A DNA stretch of 64,000 nucleotides from Massalongia carnosa (lineage: Eukaryota), in assembly GCA_965645245.1 (NCBI GenBank), contig OZ287084.1, positions 310,001 to 374,000 of the forward strand. The letters run 5' to 3'. Positions 39,438-53,200 of this stretch are shown piece by piece (within the stretch, counting starts at the first letter, position 1; the number at the start of each line of letters is the position of its first letter). The notes beneath the pieces were generated by a model. It saw only the letters and a program-made list of their open reading frames with translations, made no database searches and was not told the DNA's origin. A program made the position numbers and the translations under genes.

Positions 39438-40550
39438 TCAGTGCTTTCGGCCTTGGCTAAAACATCGCTCTCCTCTTGCCTTGCCTAACCAACCTTTATT
39501 AGTAATAAGCCTCCGTTTCCACTTCATCCTTCCTATGCTTGGTTCAACCTCCTGCTCCGTGATATCGATACGTTCTCCTTTGCTCTCCTTTTCGTCCTCT
39601 GGGAGAGCCAGCCTATATCGCCGCACACTCCCGGCATCACTACTATTGCCGTCAAAGAAGCTCAAGTGGCCATTACGATAAAACCAACGCGGTGCCACTC
39701 GTCGCCATAGCCCACGAAAACCTTGGCATGATCTATCAATCCTTTGATATTCAAGGCGCCGGGTTGATGGGAAAGTCCAGTCGATCACAGTGGCTGGTAC
39801 ATGATTTTCGTATATAATCGGATTGGGATCTGGCTCGTCTACAAGGTCGTTCCGGCAGCCTTGCGCATCCACGATCCCTCTCGAGCACGTACTTAGAAGG
39901 GCCGGGAGATTGGGGGACGCCAACGGTCGCCGAGCATTTTGGCTTATCTGCAAGTGGCTAGGTCTAAAAGACTGAAAAAACTCTTCACTTCGGGTATGTA
40001 TTGCCAGAGGACCCTCTCGTTGAGATGGAGCGCAACCCATCTTTATACTTCTGTGGCTAACAGAGGGTCGCCTATCAGAGGAGAAGCTTGGTTGGGTGGT
40101 GGCAATTGATGAACGCCTAGATGATAGAGTTGAGCCATGGGTTAAGCCTTGAGATGCTGAACTATGGCGACTTGGGTTTCGTCGCGGTTTTTTACGCGGT
40201 GTGGGTTTGGAGACAGTGGTCGTATTTGACTTTAGAAGACTGTTCCCCAAAAGGACATTTGATGCTGACCAATGCCACATAAAAATCGAGGTAGGGCTGG
40301 GTTTTTGTCGAGGAGAAGACTGTGATAGCTGACTGGTCGGACGCGGCGTGGCATAGCCCCCCATCGTGATGGCTCTTGCTTCACTCGGGGTTGATGATAA
40401 CTCTCCAAAGCCACTATCTACTCTGTCCATTTGCACCGAGTAAGGGGGAGCGACCAGCGTCCTTCCTGATTTCCGATAACTGTCATTTCCCACTAAGTCT
40501 TGATCAGATACCAAGCTTGGTTTCACCATGCAGTCTCCTGGCTGGTCCAT
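39438..40550 (-). CDS. Conserved fungal hypothetical protein (Ser/Pro-rich with conserved C-terminal block)
   Basis: 370-aa ORF; block PATVIDWTFPSTRRLEYQRIDRSCQGFRGLWRRVAPRW...DAGSVRRYRL resembles a recurrent Pezizomycotina hypothetical family. Confidence 0.75.
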   Translation of the reverse strand: MDQPGDCMVKPSLVSDQDLVGNDSYRKSGRTLVAPPYSVQMDRVDSGFGELSSTPSEARAITMGGYATPRPTSQLSQSSPRQKPSPTSIFMWHWSASNVLLGNSLLKSNTTTVSKPTPRKKPRRNPSRHSSASQGLTHGSTLSSRRSSIATTQPSFSSDRRPSVSHRSIKMGCAPSQREGPLAIHTRSEEFFQSFRPSHLQISQNARRPLASPNLPALLSTCSRGIVDAQGCRNDLVDEPDPNPIIYENHVPATVIDWTFPSTRRLEYQRIDRSCQGFRGLWRRVAPRWFYRNGHLSFFDGNSSDAGSVRRYRLALPEDEKESKGERIDITEQEVEPSIGRMKWKRRLITNKGWLGKARGERCFSQGRKH

Positions 40551-41051
40551 TCTGCGTGGTAACCTTGTTTGCGATGGTGGGGTATGAGAACCAAGGGCGC
40601 TGTGGGAGTCAGATGGAAGCGGAGCATTTTGACATGTTGGGTTGCTAAATACTACATCGTCAGCTGTTGATTCAACCGACGAGAGCTCAGCGAGAAGTAC
40701 TTGTATAATAATAGCATGAAATCCTGCAGTCCGAGGAGTTCTAAGAAAGCCTCACAATCGCGCGTAAATCTGCATAAGGAGAATTCTTCATGAGGGCATG
40801 AGGTGGAATTTGTTGCTTTGCCCCAGGTCGTGTATTCAACCAAACAAGAAAGTCGACCGAAGCTGGGTGTGTCTAAATGATTTCCTCACGAAGCTTGGAG
40901 TTGTGTTGGGAGAGTGACTTTGCTATTCACAGGTGGTTCCATGCACCCGGGAGCATAGTGAAGCAAGCGTCGAGAAGCAAGCCTACCGGGCACACCGCTT
41001 CGTAACGCTAAATGGGGGATGTAGGTGCCCGCTTTGCGATGAGTTCTTTCC

Positions 41052-41098
41052 TCTTTTCCTCCTTTCCTCCTTTCCTCCTTTCCTCCTTTCCTCCTTTC
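41052..41098. repeat. (TTTCCTCC)n tandem repeat
   Basis: Direct reading. Confidence 0.9.
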
Positions 41099-42199
41099 TG
41101 CAAGACCTGTCTCTCAACCATCTCTCAACCATGTAAGAAGGGCAATATGGATCATTTATTGGGGTTGGACGATTGGACTGCGGGGCTGTACAGAGGAGTC
41201 CACGAGTCCTACCTGGTCAGAGAACACTACACACGTGAATGCTCGAATCAATGAATAACGAGGACCACTCCCCTTGGGCGGGTGTAGCAGAAGGTTTCAC
41301 CGTCATGGTTACCTCTGAGACATCTTTTCGACTCGTGGTCACGGATTCATGGCACCGTCGGTACCTGCCGCCACGAGAGGGACAAGTGCAAGCATGTGTC
41401 ATGAATGATAGGTTGTGATAGGTCTGGCATGATGTTGACGGGCGTTGGGGCTTGCGCGATGTGATTGACCTTGCATGGGGAAATGTATCACAACGCCGCG
41501 CGCGAGCGCTCTAGGTGTGGTCATGAGGCAACATGGATACACTGGCACGTGACTAGTTACTTCCGTACTCTACAATCCACTCGGTTTGAGAGTACGTAGA
41601 GGATTATGCCACACTTTGGTGCTTACCGATTCCGATTGTGCGTTACGGTAGGGAGCTGGAACAGCAACGAGGGAAAATGATGGAAACTGTAAGTCAACAA
41701 AAGCGTACTCTTTAAACTATCTCCACAAAGGTCCACGCCTAGACGAGACGTTGAATCCAAACTCCCATCCGTCACCTAATGCCATGCCTCCTTTTGTATC
41801 GGGCAGTACAGGTTAATCCTTGCTAGAGGCGGCCATGACAGTGAGAACAGGCGTCCATGGTTGGTTGGTGCAGCTTGGATTGGTATGGAGCAAGGAACGT
41901 TGGTTACGCGATTGCTTCCGCATCAAATCTTTCTAGCTCTGTGGGAATAGGGGACGACAACGACGCTATGCGAGTGGGAGTGATTATGAGTTCCATCAAG
42001 ACGCATAGATGAGCCCATCATGTCAAAATGCACTCAGAGGGTCCTTTAACTTGTACCCAAACCCATCACGCGAATGCTGCAGAAATCCATCGTACAGAAG
42101 CAACGTGGCTAATAACGGTTGAAAGCTTCGATTGTGATATCACGCCCTACCACATGCACGCAACGAAATCTGAAAATGTAACCCATCCGTAGCCGTCTC

Positions 42200-42980
42200 C
42201 TAGAATACCAATGCCGCGCCCTTTGTCTTCTTGTCGCCACTAGAAATCACCAATTAGCCGTCTCCAGCCCCCGTTCAATCGATACAGAACGGTCAACATA
42301 CCCCAGCTCAAAATGCTTACAACGCTTAAGTGCCAGTTGTGCCTTCGTTTTGCAAACCGTGCATTCCAACCTTAGCACTACCTTTTTCGTTGTCTTTGCT
42401 TTTTTGTGGAAAACAGGCTTTGTCTGCCCACCATATCCGGATTGTTTGCGGTCATATCGACGTTTTCCTTGGGCGACCGAGGAGGCCTAAGAGACAGAAA
42501 CTCTCATTAATTGCTGCTGGCTACGAAAGCTTAGGAGGCGGTTGAGCAAACCTTGCCAGCTTTGTATTGGGTGACTTTGTGTTGAGTGTGCTTTTTGCAG
42601 TCCTTGCCTTTGCAGTAGGTGCGGCGGGTTTTAGGAACGTTGACCTTCAGCCGAAACTTATCAGCAACGACCCCATCCACTAATAGATTAAGATGGAACA
42701 TCTAGAATAGCATATCGAAGAGGCTCCTGCAAAACCCATAAACCTGCCCATATCATCAAGAACTTCTCGAGGAGAAATTGCTTCGCCAACGTCATGTGAA
42801 GAAGTCATTGTATCGGTGATAGTTCTGAGCTATTGATCGTTCGTGAGGCGCGTTATAGCTGCCCTCTGCTTCTCAGTGCTTTTGCATCGCAAACCATGGG
42901 ACCAAGAATAGACAGACTTAAACGCGCGAATCGGCTTTACACACCCGTTCCTAGATAAAATGTAGACTTCGACTTACCAT
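42200..42980 (-). CDS. RPL42: 60S ribosomal protein eL42 (L44/L36a); exons 42980-42978, 42644-42552, 42486-42302, 42239-42200
   Basis: [106 protein letters not shown]; canonical splice sites; not in the ORF track. Confidence 0.98.
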
Positions 42981-43790
42981 CTTGTAGTTGGTTTATTGTT
43001 GGAACTGTTGCACAGCTTATGGATGGCGATCTCATTTTCGTCATAGATGACTTTTTTGCTTGTGTGAGTTGCGATCTCGCTTAGCAAATGCCAAGATACT
43101 AACTTTAAATAGTTAGCTAGTTATGTTGTGAGGAAGGGCTAACTAAGGGTTTGAAAATGGTCTTCGGATTTCTGTTGACCATATTGGTATATGTCTACCT
43201 ACTCGACAAAAAACATCTGTTTTCTCTAGAAATGAGCTTTACTCATACGAATCTTAAGAACAGTTTCTAGATACTCTACCTAAATAAACAAATCTTGCCT
43301 TTTCGGCCAAGAAAGTGTTAAAACGGGCAACCGATGCCAGGTACCGAAACCAGCTGATAAAGCAGTTGCATCTACCTCGGCAAGAAAAGGCCTGTGGCGG
43401 TGGCAAATTTGTATGGAGTCAGAAATCTCATCGGAAGAGGGAACCGATGAGATGGAAATGGAGGCTTCTGGAATCGCTGGTGGACGGGCATAAATAGGAG
43501 CAGTTTTACCCTACGTAGTGGTAGAAAGTCAATCGTTTCTCCCAGTTTGTTTTGCATGTGCAAGAACTCGTTTGTCGAACTAGTTATATCAATTGCCCGG
43601 TGCTACCATTCCGCCTGTTGCAGTCACAGTTCCAACAGAAAGCACATTGTGTGGCTTAGATCCCACTAGGGTGATGACTGCATATTATTTGAAAGGTGGG
43701 CATAAATGACAGACTAAGGCCAACCCAACGACTAGAAATAGGAGGGCAAAGCTACTGCCTCCCTACAGTGACTTCCCCATCCCATATCAC

Positions 43791-44846
43791 TTAAATCACA
43801 AAGCCTTGCCCCAAGCGTACAGAATCTCCTCCGCCATACCAAACAGTTCCTTTTCGGCATTCGAGACCCTTTTCACTACCCACTATCCACTCCCCTTCCT
43901 GGCAAGTCGGACTGTTTGGCCTTGGCCAATAGTTAACCTCGAGCCACGTGTTGATCTCATTTAGAAGCAAGATCCACTTTTTCATGTAGGTTGGATTTAA
44001 ATGATAACCATTCTCATCTCTTGAAACACCGTCTTGAGTCACGAAACGTGCAATTGTGAGATGTGCTGAAGGGACGGTGTATCGCGATGCCACTGAAACC
44101 CCGGTAGCGCTACATAAATCGTAGAGATCACGTCGGAGATGGTGATAGGTATATATATCGGCTTGGTTTCTCGACATTCCTGGCAAAACTTCATCACAGG
44201 CAGGTAACAAGCTAAGTGCAATGGCTTGATTATCGTAGCTAAGCTGTGGCATCACAAGCCGTGCGCGGTGTTTGATGGTGTAGTCCGTAATCTGAGAGAT
44301 CTTTGGCGCCATACGACGTACGAGCATTTCAATCTCAGCGCTAGTTTGAGAATGAGTAACCTCCAGCACAGTCATATGAAGACAGTTGAGCGGCATAAAC
44401 CATAGATCTAAAAAGAGATAAATTTAGTAGCATCAAAACTGGGGTATTTGGTGCCTCACTAGGACTCATTTTGAGAAGCCTATCTTGCAATACCCCAATA
44501 AGCTTGCAGATGTTTTGAGGAGGTCGGGCCCAGAATACCAGACAATTCCTTGGATCGACATAACCTGGATACTGCTTGGGATCAACAAGTTTTTGGAGAA
44601 TTGGGTCTATCCGCCAACCAGGAAAGCCGGGATCCAAGATGCTAGCAATTTGCTGTTCATTCCGCGACTGACGATGTGCTTGATAAAAATGCTGAATGAG
44701 CATCTAGCAGGCAATTAGAAAAGCTAGAGCCTTGTCAAAGGACTTACCGGATCACCCTTGCATGACTCAATCAGTGTATCGTAAGGGTTTGCAGGAGTAG
44801 CTACAGAAAGGTCAGGAATAGCAGCCATCTCTGCCATTCTCTTCAT
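43791..44846 (-). CDS. 2H-phosphoesterase (RNA ligase/cyclic nucleotide phosphodiesterase-like) family protein, 3 exons; start could be 44846, 44837 or 44828
   Basis: NPYDTLIESCKGDP|...DPRNCLVFWARPP; two HxT motifs LHMTVLE and AHLTIARF; C-terminal GTVWYGGG. Confidence 0.85.
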
Positions 44847-47259
44847 CTGGCTCTAATTATCTTTAGGACTTATATACATGTTGTGATAAAGAATTCAAGT
44901 TTTATGCATTTGTTTCAGCTGCATCATGTCGCAGCTTTACTCTGTTCACATAATCCAAAATGTAGCATACATATTCAGGCAAGGGTACATTGACGAATGA
45001 AGTCCCCGCGGGGCCGTGCCAAAGAGTTCCCGCTCAAGCTCCTATGTCGGAGCAAAAGATGTTGACTGAATGCTACATACATGTAGAGTACCTTGTCGTT
45101 ATAACCTTTCTCGTAGTGGTTGTAAAAAGCACTAAGACGGAGAACGGAGTTGTTTGCTCCGAGAGCCTCTATCGGAAACGGAGGAGCAAACTCCGTGTAA
45201 GGCGAAGCGAGCGGCATTTTCTTTTCTCCTTTTCCGTAGTGTAAACTTCTTTTCAACCTCATCCCACCCTCTATCAAGTGAACACCATTCAAACAAAAGG
45301 CCATGGACAAGAAGATTGCTGTCGCCGACAAGGATACTGACCCCGGACTTTCTAAGAAAAAACTTTTTTGGAGGCTGCGCTTAATAAACGTGCACGTATT
45401 GAGCATGATTCCATTTCCAGCAAGCAATCGTGCTTTCTGACTCTAGGCAAGTGAGGCAAATGACGATGCTGGTTTTGTACATGCCAAAAGAAACTGAGAA
45501 GGGGTCACTGCCTGTAATTCTGGTCTAAACATAACTGGCATAAGTCTCCGGAGAGCATTCGGCAAAGCCAGGATGTTCCTCGAATTTTTTCAACCAGCTG
45601 ATAGCAGCTAAAGCCTATAAAGTTGCTTACCCCAGTAGCTTTAAGCATGGAAATATAGCTGTTAGTCAGAGGCTATCGTGAAGACCGATTAGATTTTTAC
45701 AGCACCTTCTCTTAGTGCTGATGGTATCTTGGCCCGAAAAAGACTCCTCTACATCGTTCTTTGTAGATTTTCAAGAAGCTTCGGCCTGCTTTCCCCACTA
45801 ACTATCGTTGCTATGGTATTTGAAATCCCGGCAATATCTAGGTATGTGCATCTCAGACTTTATCCCCCCTGCTTTTTGCAGCACGAAGAAGGTTAGAGTG
45901 TTATTATTTATTTTATTTCGTCCTTTGAAATAGCTGAAGCTGGATCGAAGGCCAAAATCCCGAACCATGGAGATCATATGTGCAGGCATCGCTGAAGTTA
46001 GACCTAACGTGAAGGTCCTCCAAGAAGAGTCCGGCATAGCCTTTTCGTTTCTGTCCATTTGCTTCCTTTTTTCACTTAATTTATTCATAAACATGTCTTT
46101 ACTTGAGTTTGCGAGTCTGTTTTCTGTTGGTATGCTGGACTGCAAATTTTTTCTCCCTTTTCAATGATGGGGCGTTTTTCCACTTATGAAGAGTTAAGGG
46201 GAAACATCAAATAGCTGCTGTATGATATGGAAATACTGCTGTACCTAGCTGCAGTCTGGGCGCTGCTAGTATAGCTCTGCATCTATTGTTACTTTCGTGC
46301 AGTCTTCGTCTTTTGTTAGTCATGCTCAATGGTGATGGGGGACAAACAACTCTTGCTCAGGTGTGTGCGTATCAATTGATTCGCAGAGGAAGCTAATGCG
46401 TGCGTTTTTTTCCACCATCGTTATGGGTTGCGCCCTAATGGTCCTCTTTATGACACACAACTTTGAAATACAAAACCCTTTTCAAATCCTCTCCCAACCC
46501 CACTTCTTCCAACCTTTGTTACCTTCAGCTATTTTGCACAACCAGCTCTCTTACTGAGTTCTTTTTATCACCAAGCTTGCATACAGTAGCTCTATCTTGC
46601 TCTTCTCCCTAATCATCTTCTGGGGTTTAAGATACTCTAGTGAGAGGGTGTTTTGCAATTCATCAGCAACCAGCTTCATACCATCACTTTGTGGAACATT
46701 CACCTTGCTTTACCACCTGTCTTCCTCCCTACAAGCGACTCGACATAAAGTGGCAGACAGCTTCTGTTCACTAGAATCATCTTCTATTGTACTGAATACT
46801 GCTATGAGAGTATTCTGCAAACCATCAAAAAGCACCTTCACACAATCACTTCGCTATCGACTTCTCACTTCATTCCCTTCCACTGATCAAGTTTGCATTC
46901 AGTGCCTTACATCCTTTCATCATCAACTTGCTACACTCGATACTCCTGGGAAGTATTTTGCAAACTATTAACAGCTAATTTGGTACGATCACTTACCTAG
47001 CAAATCAGCCTTCTTGCCTACTTTAGTCGGCTTGACTGCACACCAAGCTTGCGCTGAGAGAGAATCAGCTTGTAATCATCCTGCTCTTCCTCTTTTGTAC
47101 TAGATTCTCCTTTAGAGCGATCGGAAAGCTATTAAATATTCGATTTCGTACGACCACTTCACTGAAATAATACTTGCCTCTATCGTTTCGTCGGATTACT
47201 CAGACAGGCTTTCGGCGTATCTTTACCATCGCTTCCCCTCTGACAGATTCTCTGGAAAG

Positions 47260-50200
47260 ATGCCCTCTAAAGCCAAGCCAGTCTCGGTAGCTGTGTCAGG
47301 CGGGGATTCACAGCCTTCTAATCGTTCATCATTAGCACCCAGTACTTTCGATCTTCCGCTACGTATCACCAGGGCCAGGGCGAGACAACTAGCAATCAAT
47401 CCTTCGGAATCATCGACATCTAAGCTTGGAGCCTCCACGGGTTCGCGTGCAGCTGAACAATTATCCTCAAAGATTTCATCCTCTACTGACGGCTCTATCA
47501 GCAATACAAAATTATTTCAACCGAATCGCCTAAAGCGTTTACGTTCACCCTCACCAGCAAAGGTTCTACCGTCTAATGATAGCTCTATTGCCAGCACAGA
47601 GTCATCTCAAGCCAATCCTTCAAAGCGTTTGCGTACAGCAGAAACCTCATCAATAAAGGGCTCTCTTTTTAATGATAATAGTATTGCCAATACAGAATCA
47701 TCTCAGCCTATTAAAGCAAAGCGCCTACGCACAACTAAAGCGCCAACAAGGATTCCACCGCCTGCTTTCGATGTCACTCCCCTTAGAGAGCCATCTGAAT
47801 CTAACAAACCAAAGCTTTTGGTTATATTTAAAGTCTCATCGACAAAACTTCTCCCTTGGAACAATAGCTCTATCGCAAATACAGAGTCATCTCAACTGGA
47901 CAAGCCAGAGCCTTCCCGCCTAATTAAACCGTCATCAAGAGTTTCAGAGCCTGAGGCCGATCCTATCCCCAATGCAGAGTCATCCGAGTTTAACAAACCA
48001 AAACGTCCACGTATAATCAAACCGTCATCAAGGATTCCACCACCTGCTTCCGACTTTCTCTCCAACACCGGGTTAGCTGAAACTAATAAACCGAAGCGCG
48101 CACGCGCTGCTATATCCTCGGCATCAAAGCCTCCACCCAAACGTCCGCGTATAACTGCACCACCATCATCAAAACCTCCACCGAAACGTCCACGTAAAAC
48201 TACACCATTATCAACAAAGCCTCCGCCACCTAATGTTTGCTCTATCGTTAATGGAGATAACAACAGTGAGAATGAAGAAGGTGCAGATGGCGATGATGAG
48301 GAAGAGAATGGTGCAGTAGGTAACATATCCATGAAAAGACAACTTTCGCGAACAGATCCGCCCTTGAGCGATCTCACAGAGATATTCGAGGATATTGTTA
48401 AAAAGGCATTATCTTTGGGCCTTGACCAAGTGCTCAAGAGAAATGTAACAATCAAAGTTGCGACAATGTGCTCCGGGACCGAGAGTCCTCTCCTTGCTCT
48501 TATCGCATTTCGTCGTGGTAAGCATACCCTTGAATTGAGACTTTCTCAATATTAATATCGAGTAGCATTGAAAAAACTCGCCAACATTGATTTTAACTTC
48601 GATCATCTATTCAGCGCGGAGATTGAGCCTTACAAACAGTCCTATATTGAGAGAAATTTTGGTTCCAAAATAATTTTCAGAGACATCAGAGAACTTACAC
48701 ACGGCGATAGAGCGTATGCAAATCCTACACTCTGCAATCTTTGTTGTAGCTAATAGTACTAGGTTCAATGCTTATGGACAGCTTGTGGATATTCCAGGTG
48801 GCGTCGATTTTCTGATCGCTGGCTTTTCGTGCGTCGACTTTTCTAGGCTGAATTCTCGTGGCAAAAATCTAAGTGACCCTGGTGAGTCTGGAGATACCTT
48901 TCGCGCCATTGTTCATTACATGGTTAAATATCGCCCTGCGATCGTAATATTAGAGAATGTGCAGGGCGCGCCATGGGATATCATAAAGGCAATCATTGAG
49001 AACGACCGAACTTATCTCAAAAATTATTTCAATAAGCTCCACGTTGATCCGTCATGGGCATACGTATGGGATGAAGACGATAACGCCTACGCAGCCAACT
49101 TTCTTAGAGTCGATACCAAAGACTACTATATCCCTCAAACTCGCTCCCGCGGTTACATGGTTTGTATTGATAGCAAAAAAGATTCTGATGTGAGCCAAAA
49201 GGTCGAGGAGTGGGGCTCGCTCATGGCTAAATTGCGACGACGGGCGAGCAGCTCTGTCGAAGCATTTTTACTTCATGAGGAAGATCCTAGACTGCACCGA
49301 GCAAGAGATCAATTAGCCAGGCGTGGCCGCGAGATGCGCCAAACCGAATGGGTACTTTGCGAAGGACGAAACCAGGGATATCGGGACGAAAAGCAACTAG
49401 GCCCAGAGCGACCACTGACACGCTGGGTCAATGGGGGCTCCTCAAAGGCACCCGATTATTGGTGGTTGGAGTGGTCTGGGGTTCAAGTTGAGCGAGTTTG
49501 GGAGACTATGGAGATATGCTTCTTGAGAAACGCACTTGGTGGATTTGATCCCCTATACAAACCGTAAGTACATGTCTAAACATGAAATCTAAATGCCGAC
49601 TAACCTGTCATAGCCGAGTTTGGGATTTGTCTCAAAACATTGACCGCTTTGTTGATGGTGCCCCGCCTGGGATCGCCTCATGTTTGACCCCAGCAGGTAT
49701 ATCATTTCTAACCATTCGAGGTGGTCCTCTTCTCGGTTTAGAAGCACTTTCGTTACAAGGACTGCCAATAGACGAGCTGTTGTTGTCGAGAGAGACTGAA
49801 AAGGAACTTTTAGGCCTTGCTGGCAACGCAATGACTTCCACAGTTGTAGGAGCCTCTATTCTAGCTGCATTAATTGTGGGACGTACAGCATTACAGCTGG
49901 AGAATAGAGAGTTTTCTCACATCTCGAGAGAAGAGGTTTCTAAGGTAAAAGAGATGACAGAAGAAGCGCTTGGCTCCAGCAAAGCTTTACAACTAATGGC
50001 CGAGGAGAATGCATCAATAAAAGTGCTTCATGCAACAGCGTTGGCAAGTGCATGCCTTTGCCATTGCGAAGGACAGACAACAACAACCCGAAACCAGGTT
50101 TACAGGTGCCTAGATTGCCACCATACAGCATGCGAGAAATGTAAAGGAGTGCCTGAGCACTCCTATGGCACTGCGGACGAGTTGCCAATTCAATCTCGTG

Positions 50201-53200
50201 TTCATCCTTCTAATTTTGTTAAGCAGATTAAGGCAAATCTACCCATGAGATTGGTCCTTGTAGGTCTAAATATCGCAACATTCAAGCTTGCTAGGACAAA
50301 AGTACAGAAAAAGCTAAATGAGAATGGTTGGAGCCTTTATATCCCAGCTATCACACCAGCTCTAGAAGAGGAACTGCGCTTTCATAGAGCAACGCGAGGT
50401 ATCAAATGGATTGTAACCTATGATGCAACACATTCTATCTTGCAACTTGTATTTTCCACAGATCAGATATGTTGGCAGTTATATGCGAAGCCAGAACGAA
50501 CACTACCTGTTAATAGTCCACTTCGGGTCCTATTAAGGCAGCCGATTGCGCGCATGCAGGTCCAAGGTAATGAGTTACTCTCCGGCAACTGGAAAGTCAG
50601 CATCCCCATCGACTGGAAAGTTGAATTGGATATACGTGGTGCGGGTGAGCAAGTTAAATGCTGGGAAGCAAGCCTGGGTATATTTGATCCAAAAGTAGCT
50701 GACAAAAAAGTGTGGTCTACCTTACACATAAGCAAGAAACTTGGTCCAGCTCGGGGGTCAGCAGACGATAAGTCAATTGATAAAATTGCTGGCGAGTACC
50801 AGTTTCTGCCTAAGTGTGGTACGGCATCTGGAAGCTTGCACAAGCGTGTTAATTCGAAATCGAGTAGAGCGCTTGAGGTGTTCCTTTTCCTTGACCCAGG
50901 ACGGACCAGCCTTCCGCATGAAGATGGATTCGTGTTCTCCCGAGACAACCATCGACTGAAATATGAGGAAGTTCGGGATACAATCGCCTCAATGAACTTA
51001 GCTTGGCGACCCACAGATGTTTTCCCACAGCCCCCGGATGTCGATTCACAGCTCACAGACGTGCCGTTTTGCCAATTTGCTATGGAAGAGGTTGAGTGCG
51101 ATGCTAGGCTACAGCCTTTTAATCAAGACGTACCTTTTTACAAAGTACCTCTGGGGGATATTAGTGAGCTTGTGTCTCAAGTCTTTTGGAACTCGACCAG
51201 GGCTAGCCATACTTCCAGTTGTAACTCAGCCATCTTTACCGTATTATCCTGTGAGGTACCCTTGAAGACTCTTGAAAACACCGATTGGACACAAGGCGCA
51301 TGGTTCGAAGTGGACAAAAAGAATCTTCGGCGAACGTTTGCCGGATTTAACTGGCTTCTTGAAAGGGCGCGAAACCTCCAGAATTTTTCAAGCGAATGGC
51401 GACCACTAGAAATGCCTGTCAATATCGAACGATGTCAGACTTGTGCCCCCAAGCGACCCGCAGTCAGATGGACATTTTCAACTGGTAGAGCACCCAAGGC
51501 TATACCTTTCGACGACCCAAAGCAGGCAGGAACTTTCGAGCGCGCCATAAAGGCCAGGACAGCTCCATTCGTGACACATACCAGGATCGATGATCAACAG
51601 CGCGGTTGCATCAAAGTTGGTCTAAATGTAGTTTCTTTGGCTCATCGAGCAATGAATAAGCTTCCATCTACTGAGTATCTTCGTTTATCTTGGCGTTTTG
51701 ACGCTCAATATGAGTGGCCGGCAAAGATTGAATTCGATACCTTTACATTAAAGAACAACAACGACGAGGAGGAGTTGGTCCATAAGTTTGTGGCAAAGAT
51801 TCGCCATCCAGATGGTAGTTTCGAAACTCCCACGACAACAAAACTCCGCCCAGAGCAGGCGAGGTCACTAAGGTGGATGGTGAACCAAGAGTCCGGCAAG
51901 ATCGCCCCCTTCATCGAGCAGGAGATTGAGGAGACTACCTTGGCCGAGCTTGGTTGGCGAGCGGAGGCTCGCGCCGAAACACCCACCAAGGCTCGTGGAG
52001 GCGTGCTTTCAGATGATGTTGGGTTCGGGAAAACGCTGACCATCTTGGCTCTAATCGACATTCGCATGGACGATGCGAAATATGTAAAAGACCGCCAGTC
52101 ACATGAGGATACTGCATCCGAACTCATTTCGCTCCATGCAACGCTCATTATAGTTCCAAAGACGCTTTTGCGGCAATGGAGCCGGCAGATTGAGAAGTTC
52201 TTGGGATCCAAATATAAAGTTCTAGAAATCTGGGATATGCTATCGTGGAACACCGTTACACTCAAGCAGTTCAAGAGTGCAGATATCATACTTGTCGCTT
52301 GGCCGGTATTTAGTAGCCCAATCATGGCATCCAAAATTGCCCTCTTTGCAGCATTGCCCGAGGGACCAGCAATAAGCCATGGGAGAGCTTTCAAAACTTG
52401 GTTAAACCAGGCCATCCAACGTATTCAACAAAACACAAAAATATTTCTGAACTCGACAGATTTGGAAAGCTTTTACAATAATCTCGATAAGTCGATTGCC
52501 GACATGGAAGCTGATGACGAGCTGTATCGCTCAGTGCCCACAAAGCGCTTCAGAGGAGCAGCGTATACTGAACAGACTAAGAAAGCGTCTAAAGCGTCAA
52601 CCAGTAAGGCAGCAGCGAAGACCACTAAACCCCAAGCAAAGCGCGCCTCTACTGTGTTCAAACTGACGAAAAACGGCTCCCACGATCAGATGAAGGGCCC
52701 TCCTTTACAAATGTTTCGTTACAATAGAATTGTCATAGATGAGTATACATACGTAAAGGAGCAAGACATGACTATTGTTCAGTCGTTGAAGGCCAATTAT
52801 CGCTGGGTGCTATCTGGAACTCCAAGGTTAGGTGATTTCACGGATTTGCAACTCCTAGCGAGCTTTCTGAAGGTGAATCTTGGTGTCGACAGTGACGCTG
52901 CAACACTTCAGTCACGTCAACAAAGGAAATTTCGGCAAGAGAGAACGAGTGAGTCACCATCTTTTCACTTTCTTTTCACATTTTTCACACTCTTCCCCTC
53001 TCTTCACCCTCTTCGCCCACTTCACCTTCTTCAACCTCCTCACCCTCTCCCTCCTTCCTTCTTCCTCTTTCTTTCCTCCACCTTCCTTTTTCTTTATACT
53101 ATATATACTTTTTTTTTTTATATATATACTAATTTTAATAGCTGGCGAGGAGTTTGACTCCTTCGGCCAGTCGTTCTCGCCCGCCTGGCACCAAGAGCGC

